Of a stretch of DNA of 64,000 bases, positions 47,764-63,705 are shown piece by piece. This DNA comes from Chrysomallon squamiferum (Eukaryota > Animalia > Mollusca). The position numbers were made by a program, and so were the translations under genes. The notes beneath the pieces are model-generated. The model did no database searches. It was given only the letters and a program-made list of their open reading frames with translations, and was not told where the DNA came from. The DNA is taken from contig CM022671.1 of the NCBI GenBank assembly GCA_012295275.1, forward strand, positions 7,750,001 to 7,814,000, read 5' to 3'. Position 1 is the stretch's first letter, and every line of letters starts with the position of its first letter.

Positions 47764-48193
47764 TAACAATAATAATAATAATAATAAATAAATAAATAAA
47801 TAAATAAATTTTAAAGTTGACGGAAAGAAACGAAACAAAGGGTAAAATAACGACTAAGAGATTATGTCATTCTCGAATCGTCTTCATGTAACTCATAGTA
47901 ACCACGTGAAATATAACAATGCGTAGTCATTTGTAATACAAGTATGAGAACATGAAGCTCGAAAAGAAAAAAAAAAAAAAAAAAAAAAATGGATGAAAGA
48001 TATGCTGAATTGGAGTCTTTCTTTCATTCAACACCTAGACCGTGAGTTCTTTACGTTCCATTCAAATTTGTCAGGTCAATCCATTGAGAACATACCACCC
48101 GCGCACGTTCAAACATCCTGCGTAGCGACTAGCTCTGTGCTTGCCAGGTCATTGACCCGGGTCTTCGCTTCGCTTGTATTATATTTACTCACT

Positions 48194-48244
<51 letters not shown>

Positions 48245-48563
48245 GCACTGTACACGTTTTAAAATGTATTCTAAACATTCTCTTGTCTTGTGAATGAATC
48301 GGTATTTTAATAATGCTACAAACGTGTTTAATATCAATGGTTATTAGGTGACATTCGTGTCTTTGCTAGCATTGACACAACAGTTACAACAGAGGAAACT
48401 GGGTGCCGCCTTTTAGTGGGCTACTCTTACTGAATAATGGATAATAAAATGGAAAGTGCACACACGACATAAAAAGTTAAAAAAGAAATTTAATACTGAA
48501 TTTGATCTATTCTTTGTAAAATAACCTTTCATGTTTTCTAAATATACTAAATGTAAAAAAAAA

Positions 48564-49089
<526 letters not shown>

Positions 49090-49445
49090 TCCGCTTCATT
49101 TTTTTCACTTTATTTGTAAAATTATGTCTTCAGTAGAAAAATTATTTTGTTAATAAATCTCACGCCCACATTTTACGTGAAGAATATTAAATCAGATTTC
49201 TGATTCACTACCACAAAAATGTAGGTGTGTCTTACACCTTTATGGAATTTAATAATTAAAAAGTATTGACTAAAAAATGCACATATCGATTGTGCTAGTA
49301 TTTCATGTCCTTCACTAATTTTAAATAACACTGGCAGTTAATCACAGGGTTGATAATTATGTCCATGATTATGATATGGATGAAAAAAATTATGATGATG
49401 ATAAAATTATTATTATTGTTGTTGTTGTTGTTATTACTGTTACTG

Positions 49446-49494
<49 letters not shown>

Positions 49495-50469
49495 ACACTA
49501 TAGATGCTTATAACAATGAAAGATAAATATTACAAATCAGTGATATGAAACCTTAGAGCCGCAATTTATACTACATTTAAAAAGATAACGTCTTAAAAGT
49601 TATAAAGTCTGTGTCACTGTGTCACATCATATTTAAATCTTCATATTTAAAAAAAAAAAAAAAAAAAATGAAGTGTAAACTTAAACTAATCTTGAATACA
49701 AATACAAAGTGACTTGTACTTGTTAGTCGTTTAAGGACAGAAGAAAACGTAATTTATTTAAAGTAAAATATATTTAAATTATCGGCTGGTAAATGGGAAA
49801 ACGAGCCCAGAACGTATGAAAAACTTGCGTAAAACAAGTGTAAAAGTACTGGACGTACATTAGACCGGCGACAAAAATCACTTTGCTGTTGCGAATAACT
49901 AACTTACAAGCTATTTCTGAACACCTTCCTATCGAGGTCACGGAATGACAACTTATTCATTCTTATATCGTCTTTCGTGGCAAACTTAATATGGCCTGGC
50001 AACCTCCAGCCTCGCTCATAGGGGCACCGCCAACGCAGCATCGATAACAGTGTCCACATAGACACACAGACACAGAGAGAGAGAGAGACAACTGCGCCTC
50101 GTGGACCACCCGTATCAGAAAAAAAAAAAAGCAGAGAGGGAGAGAAAAAGAGAGAGAGAGGTCGCGAAGCCGAGCCGAGATGCTATGTTGGATTTTTCTT
50201 CGTTTTGACAGCTCAAGCTAATCCCGTTCACAGGCTCGGGAAACATTCTCGTGGGTGGATTTTATACTTTTTCTTTCTTTTCTTTTCTTTCTTTCTCTCT
50301 GTGTCATTCGTTCGAAAACGTCGTCTCTGACTTCTTGTTTTTGTTTGTAAAGCCTGGGATTTCCCTGCTTTCTAATATATCTCTAACTGTACATATTTTC
50401 CCTTCCGGACATTCAGTGATTTTTATTTTTTTATTTTTTTATTTTTTTAAAAAGAGTGAATGCGTTGTG

Positions 50470-53995
<3,526 letters not shown>

Positions 53996-55105
53996 TTTAT
54001 TCTGGTGGATGAAAAATACATCAGCTATATTAAGCAGCATCAACCTTTTTTTTTACATGCCACCACAACAGAATGAACAAAATTTATTACATATTTGTAT
54101 GTTTAAAAAAGTACTGTACATATGTGTGCATACTTACCAAATATAATTACGTGTGTGTATGTATGTAGACTTAACAGATGTATGTATGAATATCCTATTA
54201 TGTTTGTTTGTTTATATACATACACACAAAATACACATTAATGCAATTTCTCAGAAATTCTGAGGTGATGTATATATAAACATATATATAAAAATTAAAC
54301 TGTTAAGTTTAGAATCACATTTAAATTAGGAATCTATCTTTATATGTAGTTAAATGAATTTTTTTTTATGGATACTTTAATGTGTTTTAATTTTGTGTTT
54401 GTACTTGTCTAAAGGAAATATTTTATGTTTGTGACTGTGATTATAAATTTGTGTCTGTGTGCAGGTATACAGGTATTCATGTGTGTGTGTGTATTTGTAA
54501 CATCATTTGATTGTGATACAGTGTACATATTTTACAAATCTTACACAAATCTTATTAATTATTTTTATAATAAACAGTGTATGTCTCAAACATTCAGTGT
54601 ATCTTGAATAACCAGTAACGTGACAAATTATCCATTAAAACGAGAAACACAATTAAAATCAAGTCAAAATTGATAAACATTTTTTATATTAAATATATTA
54701 CATCAATTTTATTTACTTTTTTTATGCATAATGTTTAAATTTTCAATTTAAATTTTCACTTTACAAGTATTGATCACTGATTTTATTTTTAAAACTTTTG
54801 GCAATGTATTTTAGAGCCAGTATTTTTAATTTTGTTAAATTTTGTGTCTTTGTAAAATTAAGTACCTTTCATGTCAATATTGCTAAGATCAGAATATAAA
54901 AGTTTGTAAAATATTATTTAATTTAATATTATTATCATTATTAATTTTTTGCAGCATTAGGAATGAATTAATCCAGGTGATACCAAAAATGTATGAAATA
55001 TTTCTGTTTAAGATGCTGTTTGTGGAATTGTTTACTTTTGTTTCTTCTCATGCACTGGGCAGCTAGTGTTTGTATATACTTGCATGTTTTACTAATTCTC
55101 TTCAT

Positions 55106-55763
55106 TACCTCATCAAAAAATATACAGTTTAATTCTATAAATTTAAAAAAGAAAAAGAAAGTATAAATTCATAATAATCTTTTGGGTTTGACATTTTTAT
55201 TATTGTTTACTTACCTCATTAGAAAATATGGTTATATTACTGTTATTATTATTATTTTTATTAAATATATATCTTTTATTTGAAAACCAAATATGTTTTC
55301 AGAATCTTCTGTTCCATAATTATTTACATTTATTACCAGTGTATAATGATAAGACAACATTATAAATATATATAGTTAACCTTTTTTTTTTTTTTTAAAT
55401 AACAGGGTTTTTTTAAAATAAAAAATAGTTTAATTATTATTTATTTATTAATTATATATTATTATTATTATTATTATTTTTTTTTTTAAATTATTTTATA
55501 AACACCCATATTTTTACCTTTTTTTTAATATAATAGTCTTTTGTGTTACACATTTTTTTTCTTAACTATTATTTACTTATCAAACCATTACCTCATCATA
55601 AATATATAATTTTGTTTTTATAAATTTCGTCTCTTTCTTTCATTTTTAAAAAAACAACAAAAAAATCACTCATATTTTTATTACAAATTTTATATAATGA
55701 TCATCTGGGTTATAAAAACTTTTTTTTTTTTCACCATTATTCACTTATAAAAACATTACCTCA
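55106..55763 (+). promoter_or_regulatory. Cluster of four let-7 seed-match sites (TACCTCA) in the putative HMGA 3'UTR
   Basis: TTACCTCA with the TACCTCA core at 55106-55112, 55212-55218, 55589-55595 and 55757-55763. This pairs with let-7 nt 2-7, has A opposite nt 1 and a G:U at nt 8. Confidence 0.6.
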
Positions 55764-58700
55764 TCAAAAATATATACTAATTATTTTTTTTTATTATTCC
55801 TTAATATCTACTTTTTTGTTTCATTATTTTAAAAAAATTATTTTCTGAAACCCTTTCCCATAATAATTTGTCAGGACACAAAAGTGTTAGTACAAGAAAT
55901 TGTTACTGAATATCTTGTTTATAGAATTTGTTTTTGTTTTTTTAAATAATAATTTTTAAAAATATTTTTCATTACAGGGAACACTATTGTTTACATTTAA
56001 TTTTACAAACTACTGTTAAAAGTGTCTCAATGTAATTTTTTGTTGTTTTCTTTTTTACCACTGTCATAAACATTTATTTTCATAAAACATGTTGTTTGTC
56101 TTTTGTGAAGTAATTCCGTGAAATGTACCAGAATGTAATGTTTAAAATTATTTGTTAGTAACAGATTGTAGAGTTGATTAATAGATATTGACATTTTATT
56201 AATACTGAAATATAAAAAAACAACAAAAAAAACACAAACATTTGTAGAAAAGCAAACAGGAATCAAGAGATATTTGGTATATATTATTAATACAAGCCAC
56301 CTATTTCATAAATAGATTACTGCATCCATAATTAATTTTGTGAATATATATATTAATATAAAATAGACTTCACTTTAAAATAATACTGAATTTCCTTTAA
56401 AACATAAATAAACAAACAAACAAATAAATAAATAAATTAAAGCAAAAATAGAGTAAAGAAACAAGAAAACACAGTTTGGTTGTTGTATAATTTTCTTACA
56501 CCGTGCAACAATTTTACAATGTATAAAAACTAAATAAAAAGCTCTTCTCCATATACAACACATGTATAAAATGGAATAAAAACAGACACAATTAACACAT
56601 TTTACAAATAATAAGAAAAAGCACAATTAAATATAACAGCTGAACATAAAATAAAATGTTAAAAAATAAAAACATAAAAAAAACGTAATGTTTAACGTAA
56701 CAATATAAATGAAACAACAATGAACAATTTGAGCAAAATTTAAATGCTTTCCACTTAGAAATAAAATTATAGATCTACCAATAACCTTTATAGAAATATA
56801 GCATTATCACATTTCACTTTAGTTAACAAAAAAGTTTTCAACTGAAAAAAGGAACCTAACTAGGTTGTTGTTAATTTTTTTTTCTCACCATTGTGACCAA
56901 ATACTTGATACTGGGTATGTTGGGAGGAAGGGGCAAAAAAAAAAAAAAAAAATAGGGTTATATAAATGAATCCTTTGCAGTTTTTATTTCAAAGAATTTT
57001 TCAGAATAAAAATCTGCCAGCTGATGTAATTCTATCTAATTTTAACCCATGACCTGTTTGTGAGAACATATTTAAAAAAAATAAAATAAAAAAAATAATA
57101 ATAATAAAAAAATCTATACCTAATGAGTTTTATGTAGACTGAATGAATATTCACCATAGCAACGCGTCTACATATATTTACTCTAATGATTACTATAATA
57201 TTACAAATATAATAAAATGATGTAGTGACAGAAAAATGTCTACACTCCTCATAACTGAACTGCTCTGAACATGACTGAGAGCAAGTCAGTTTTTATTGAG
57301 AGGTTTGCCAGGCAGGATACCATGTTTAACAGTAGAAGAATCATGAAACATTAGGTGAATGGAAAACTGTATCATAAAAATGTGCAAGGAAAATTTTAAA
57401 ACATTCTGTCTTTTCTGTAATCAATCATAATAGTGATTATGACGACTAATTAGATTTCTTTAAATGAAATTCTAAATGTCTTACAAAAATCTAAAATTTT
57501 AATCTTAAAATATTAAAAGTGGTTTTTTTTACAGGAAAAAATGTCTGAAAATAAGCACAGCAAAAACAAACAAATGTGCACACAACATTCTTCAAAAAAT
57601 AAAAAATAAAAAAGGACAAAGCACGACAAAGCATGTCAAACACAAAAAAATAAAAGTATGTGACACACATTAATATAATTAAAGAAAAAATAAACAGAAA
57701 GAAAAAAAAAAAAAAAGAAAGAAAGAAAGAAAAAAAAAATTAATTAAAAAAACCATACAATCTGGTAAAGTAAAAACAATGGTCCCATTGATCCCAAATT
57801 TTTTTTTTTTAAAATCTGCAAATCAGTTTAAAATTTACATCCCTGAGTGGCCATGTATAAAACATAACATTATTACATAAATAAATAAATTTGAAATAAA
57901 ATGAAAGTTAAACAAACCACTGAAAAAGCTTGGATGTACAAGTACAAAAGAAAAAAGCTAAAATAAAAAAATATAGGTGAGAAAATATGTATAAAAGACT
58001 ACAGAATTTCAAAAATTATAAAACTCAAAATATCTGGTAAAGCAGAAAATCAGAGATTCAAAAAAAAAAAAAAAAAAAAAAAAAGAAAAATTAAATGGAC
58101 AAAAAGTAATTTAAACTGTACACAAAGATCAAGACCTCAAGAATTTATTTTATGTATAAAAAAAATCATGACAGACTGGGTCAGCCACTACCATGGTGTC
58201 ATATACATTTTAATGTTAAATAATTAAAATAAAAAAAACATTTATAAAAATAAATAAATAAATTTAAAAAATTATAAATTTGAGTCTTGATACATCATCT
58301 TAAACTTATTAATTTCTTATCATTATGCACAAAATAACTTTAACTGTGAAAAAGCCAGACATAACTGGATATTTACAAAATATTTCCAAGCATATAAACA
58401 TACATGCCTTCAAAGGTACACTATAAAATATTCCATACAAAAATTAAAAAGCTGCCTTACAGAGAAATTTATTATTTATTTTTAATTATAAAAACAACAA
58501 ATATTATATTTGGAGAAAAAAAGAACTAAAGTTTACAATGTTCAATAAAAATTGAATTAAAAATGTTTTGGGTGCATTATTCTGTATTGCAAGATCTCAA
58601 AACAAAGAAATATGCATATATAGCTTGATTCCAGTGAAATAAAATAAAACAAAATAAACCATTATTAATTTGGTTTTACATGAATGTCCTAACTGGAATG

Positions 58701-59821
58701 TTTAAAGATATCAAAATTATGATGATAATTAATTCTGCAATTAATGCATTTTAAATTAAACTTTTTATTTGATATTAAAAATAATACTGATTTAAAAAAA
58801 AAAAAATATAAATATTTCAAAATTATAAATGAAATACACATATTAAATGGCTTTCATCAGTTTGTATAAATGCATCATTTTTCTTTTAAGATAATGCAAA
58901 GCAAATAAACTTTTCTTTTTCTAAATCTCTCTTTAAATAATACTAGTGTAAGAAATGATATTTTCTAAAAAACTGGAATGATTAACATACTTTTAAGTCA
59001 CATTATCATTAAAAAAATAAATCAGAGGAAACAATTAATAAAATTCAGCCATTTTAAGGCAAATGTAAGCAAGAAACTGCTGTTTTCATGAAAACGTTTG
59101 TTGTTTAACACAACAGATGATATTTTAAATAAATAAATATTAAATTGATCTTTCAAATTTAAAACAAAATCAAAATGTCTGAGCATGTAATAACCATATA
59201 CAAACTATAAGAACATTTCTGCCTAAAATATTGAATCTAATGTTTTCTTGTATGAAATAATTTTCTTTTTATCACTGACAATGAAAATTTTAAAATCTTT
59301 TAAAATAAACAGTATGAAATTAAATTTTAATTAACAGTACAGAAAATAATATTTAAAAATATACTTCAAATCATGCAACACATCTAAATTGATATAAATA
59401 ATTATGCAAGCATCTTCCTTATTAAAAAAGAAAATATCTAAAATTAGAACAACTTATTTACCAGTATTACACAGTAAAAAATATATTTAGCGACTATACA
59501 AAAATAATTTATAAAGTGTGGTAAATGGATGAAAGATAAATAATAATAAAAAGGAAGGAAATAAATGTTTTATTTGTGAGATCACATTTGGAAAAACAGC
59601 AAGAATGTGTCAATAAATAAAAATAATTGCAAGTAAAAGCCATAGCAATCATGAGTTAATAGAGATTTCTGGGGAAAAAAAATTCACCATGGACTGTTAT
59701 TACAATATTTTTTAACAAATTGGAAACATTTTAACAGCAAAACTGCTGTGGACAGTATATTATTATTTTCACCAAGGTTATTTTCTTAAATACTAATCTT
59801 GCAAACGCCACAAACACTCCA

Positions 59822-62528
59822 TCACAACTCAGAATGCATTGATGACAACTTCAATGTAGGAGAATCAGGAGGACTTGGGCTCTGAAAAAAAAAAAAATAA
59901 TAAAAAATATAAAAATATAAATGTAACCATTGTACAAAATAAATAAATAAAAATATAAATTTATTCATTATAAATTGAAAAAACAAACAAAAAAATAAAT
60001 TCAAACATTGTAAAATAAAATAAAGATTAAAAATGTAAATTAAAATTGTAATAAAATAAATAATAAAAATATAAATTCATACATTGTAAAATAAAATAAT
60101 ACATTTTAAACAGTAATAGTTATAAATATTTATTAAAAATTTACTTTCATTTAGGGATCTTTTTTTAAAGATCCTTTTTATTTAAATTGCTACAGTATTA
60201 ATTTTTAACTAATTGAAGTTACTGGATTTCAAACTAAAGGTTCAAACTGTTAAAGAAACATAATCATAAAAATAAAAAGTAGATTAAAATTTTTTTAAAG
60301 GAATGTAAAGTAAAGAAAATAATCAATTTACTAAATATTTATTCCTCTAAATGAGTTTTTAAAATCCACTACTTAAACAATTGGAATAAAAATGTACATT
60401 TTTGTTTTGTTTAAAAATCCACGTTCTTCTCTTCTGGCTAATGGATGTACTGAGTTCTTACAAATACTCACTGTGTTTGTCTAGTAAGTAAATACAAAGC
60501 ACTCACATCCATTCTCTTACAAATACTCACTGTGTTTGTCTGGTAAGTAAATACAAAGCACTCACATCCATTCTCTTACACTCACTGTCCATTCTCTTAC
60601 AAAACGTCCATTCTCTTACAAATACTCACTGTGTTTGTCTGGTAAGTAAATACAAAGCACTCACGTCCATTCTGTTTGTCAAATACTCACTGTGTTTGTC
60701 TTACAAATACTAAATGTCTGGTAAGTAAATACAAAGCACTCACGTCCATTCTCTTACAAATACTCACTGTGTTTGTCTGGTAAGTAAATACAAAGCACTC
60801 ACGTCCATTCTCTTACAAATACTCACTGTGTTTGTCTGGTAAGTAAATACAAAGCACTCACATCCATTCTCTTACAAATACTCACTGTGTTTGTCTGGTA
60901 AGTAAATACAAAGCACTCACATCCATTCTCTTACAAATACTCACTGTGTTTGTCTGGTAAGTAAATACAAAGCACTCACGTCCATTCTCTTACAAATACT
61001 CACTGTGTTTGTCTGGTAAGTAAATACAAAGCACTCACGTCCATTCTCTTACAAATACTCACTGTTTGTCTGGTAAGTAAATACAAAGCACTNAGTAAAC
61101 ACATCCATTCTCTTACAAATACTCACTGTGTTTGTCTGGCAAATACAAATAAACATCCATTTTCTCTTACAAAAACTGTGTTTGTCTGGTAAAATAAAAT
61201 ACAAACTCACATCCATTCTCTTACAAATACTCACTGTGTTTGTCTGGTAAGTAAATACAAAGCACTCACATCCATTCTCAGTCTCATTTGTTCCATTTCT
61301 TCAAATTCTTCTGGTAAGCAAAACAGCTCACATCCATTTTCTCCATCTACTTCACTGTGGATCAAAATAAATACAGTGGCATCAAGTGATCCAGTTTGTC
61401 AAGTCTGTGTACAGTTTAAAAAAGTTAATATTTTCACACCATACACTGTGTTTGTGTGTGTGTGTGTGTGTTTGTGTGTGTCTTCTTCCAACAGCTCAGA
61501 TTTTCTCCAATAATGATAAATAAAAATTTTGATTTATATTAAATATTAAAAAATATTTTCAACTTAATGTTTTGTGTGTGTGTTTCAAGTTCATTTTGTT
61601 ATATGAAATGATAAAATAAAATTTGGTTCCTAGTTAAAACAGAATATATTTTTTAATTAAGTTCATTATATATAAAACAACCTGTAATATATAAATTCTA
61701 AATTATTTTTATTTAAAAAATACTAATTATAAATATATATATAAAAAAATAAAAATGAATAAATAAATGAAAATCAAATAAAGTAAACTGACCTGTTTTT
61801 CTTCAAGATGAAAACTATCTGTAAAATTAGAAGAGCAAGGAATATGAATATATATTTTTTTTTACATTATTAAACAATAAACTCTATCTTAATTCCTTTC
61901 ACATTCATTAAATGAAAATTAACAATAAATAAAAAAAAAAAAATTAAAAAAATTAAATATAAAAAAAAATAATATCAGTTGTTTAGTTGACAGACTAAAG
62001 ATCTGGCAGGTGCCATCATGTTTCAGGGATGTTGGTAAGTAACTGAAATCACACAGAGGCTATTAAAAATTATTACTATACGTGCTGTTTATCATGACCA
62101 TAAAAATGCTAATTAAAGAATCAAGAATCAATGATTGATTTTCTTGCTTATAATCTTCTTGATTCTGTAATTAGCATTTTTTATAATCATGGTAAACAAC
62201 ATGAACAGTAATAATTTTTTATATGAACCTGTTTAAAATTTCAGTAAATTTTCATAAGTTATTATTACAAATGGTGATAACATCCTGAGAATACCTGCCA
62301 TTTAAACAATGAGCCTACCATGCAAACATCAAGCTTAGCCACTTCCTGTTATTTTAAGGCAAAGCAAAAAGGTCTTACCAAAATAATGATGAGTATGATG
62401 AAGAAAATGGAGCCTGTGGGTACAAGGATATAGATGAGTACATGACTCATTGATTTTCCCGAATCAGTCATATCCAGTGAGGCAGTGGTAACATTTGTGC
62501 TGTTACTGCTGGTATTGTTGTAAGACAT
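59822..62528 (-). CDS. SMIM29: SMIM29/C3orf18-family small single-pass membrane protein; third coding exon corrupted in the assembly
   Basis: Exons 62528-62379 (MSYNNTSSNSTNVTT..VLIYILVPTGSIFFIILIIIL), 61818-61793 (IVFILKKNR), 61404-61270 (LDKL.HLMPLY.FDP..EEFEEMEQMRLRMD, with indels) and 59881-59822 (SPSPPDSPTLKLSSMHSEL*). The TM-KKxR-LDKL..LMPLY.FDP pattern matches recalled human SMIM29 ([20 protein letters not shown]) and C3orf18 ([20 protein letters not shown]). Confidence 0.8.
60456..61278. repeat. 59-bp minisatellite, about 14 copies, starting at the 3' end of SMIM29-like coding exon 3
   Basis: Unit CCATTCTCTTACAAATACTCACTGTGTTTGTCTGGTAAGTAAATACAAAGCACTCAC(A/G)T. Copies start at 60509, 60568, 60746, 60805, 60864, 60923, 60982 and 61041. 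Some units are scrambled and there is an N at 61093. Confidence 0.95.
62004..62300. mobile_element. Foldback/MITE-like inverted-repeat element in a SMIM29-like intron
   Basis: Inner arms 62065-62127 and 62156-62219 are near-perfect reverse complements over about 63 bp. Outer matches are TGGCAGGT/ACCTGCCA and TCAGG(G)ATGTT/AACATCCTGA. Confidence 0.7.
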
Positions 62529-63705
62529 CTTTGTATTTAAATAATAAGTTTATGCCAGTATTGTATTATTTTTCATCTACACCCTTTGTGTAGCAATGAA
62601 ACAATTCCACAAGGCAAAAGCATTCAATAAAACACAATACACATGGCTAGTATATTTAACAAAGGAAAAACAGCCATAACTTCTTTACATATGTAACAAA
62701 AAAGAAAATGTTATATCTGGATTTTCCTAGGTAAGATTAACAGTATCCATCTGATAATAACTTCAAACCATCACTGAGTGATTGGAAAGTCGTCTGTCCA
62801 AGAATAACTGCAAATAAAAAAAATAAAAAAATTTAAATTAGTATTTTATTCATTCTTATTATTAATTAATTAAAAAAAATGGAATGCTTGCTCAACAAGA
62901 TAATTTTATACTAATTATAATATCGGTTATTGTGTTTTATCTAAAATAAAAAAGAATAAATACATAAATAAGTATATTTAAACAAAATTTAACATTACAA
63001 AACACTGAAATACTCTCTACAGAATTAAACTGTAATATTAAAAATTCAGTTAACTATAATAAGCATGAGTTGTAAAAAATATAATTACTGTGACCATAAA
63101 ACATTTTACAGAATAACTCAATACACAAGGTTATTTTGCTGAATTTTTTGTTCTTTCATTCATTTGCAAATTTCACTGATATTTTATTTGTATAATATAA
63201 AGTTGTCATTATGTAATCACCAATTTGTATCACTGTTGAATATAATCATACAAGAGTTCAGCTTATGTTGATATCTGATCAATATTGACTACCCCTAGGG
63301 ACTTCTAGCTGCTAATGGAACAACTTGTGGTATTACTAGCAGAAACTGATATAACATACATACAACTTTGACAAATCTGTCGCATTCGATCTAGGGAAAA
63401 CACGAATGCATGAATACACATGACTTGTAAATGAAAAAGGTTTTAATAAATGCATATTCAAAATATAGATTTACATTTTGTGCATATTTTGTCATTACAA
63501 TCTGACAACTGACAAGAATGATAATACAGCATTTAAAGAACCCAAACCTCTCTATTTCGTTCACCGACTAAATAAATGTTGCTAAAACACTCTAAAAAAC
63601 TTACACCAGAACAGACGAGCTAAGCAATTTATCCATTGAGTGTTTCCTTGACGTACGTCAACAGCTTGAAATGAGCGTAACAAAAATTAGAAATGGGTTA
63701 ACATC
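62529..63705 (-). other. Putative spliced 5'UTR of the SMIM29-like gene
   Basis: Candidate exons: about 63705-63605 (donor GTAAGT, ETS-like CCGGATGT near 63701-63708); 63390-63364 (ttttccctAG..GTATGT); and an acceptor ttttatttgcAG opening the ATG-containing exon at 62807. Confidence 0.5.

Noticed and set aside
60456-61278. CRISPR-like array
   Set aside because: Units are contiguous near-identical 59-mers with no unique spacers, there are no cas genes, and the context is a eukaryotic intron.
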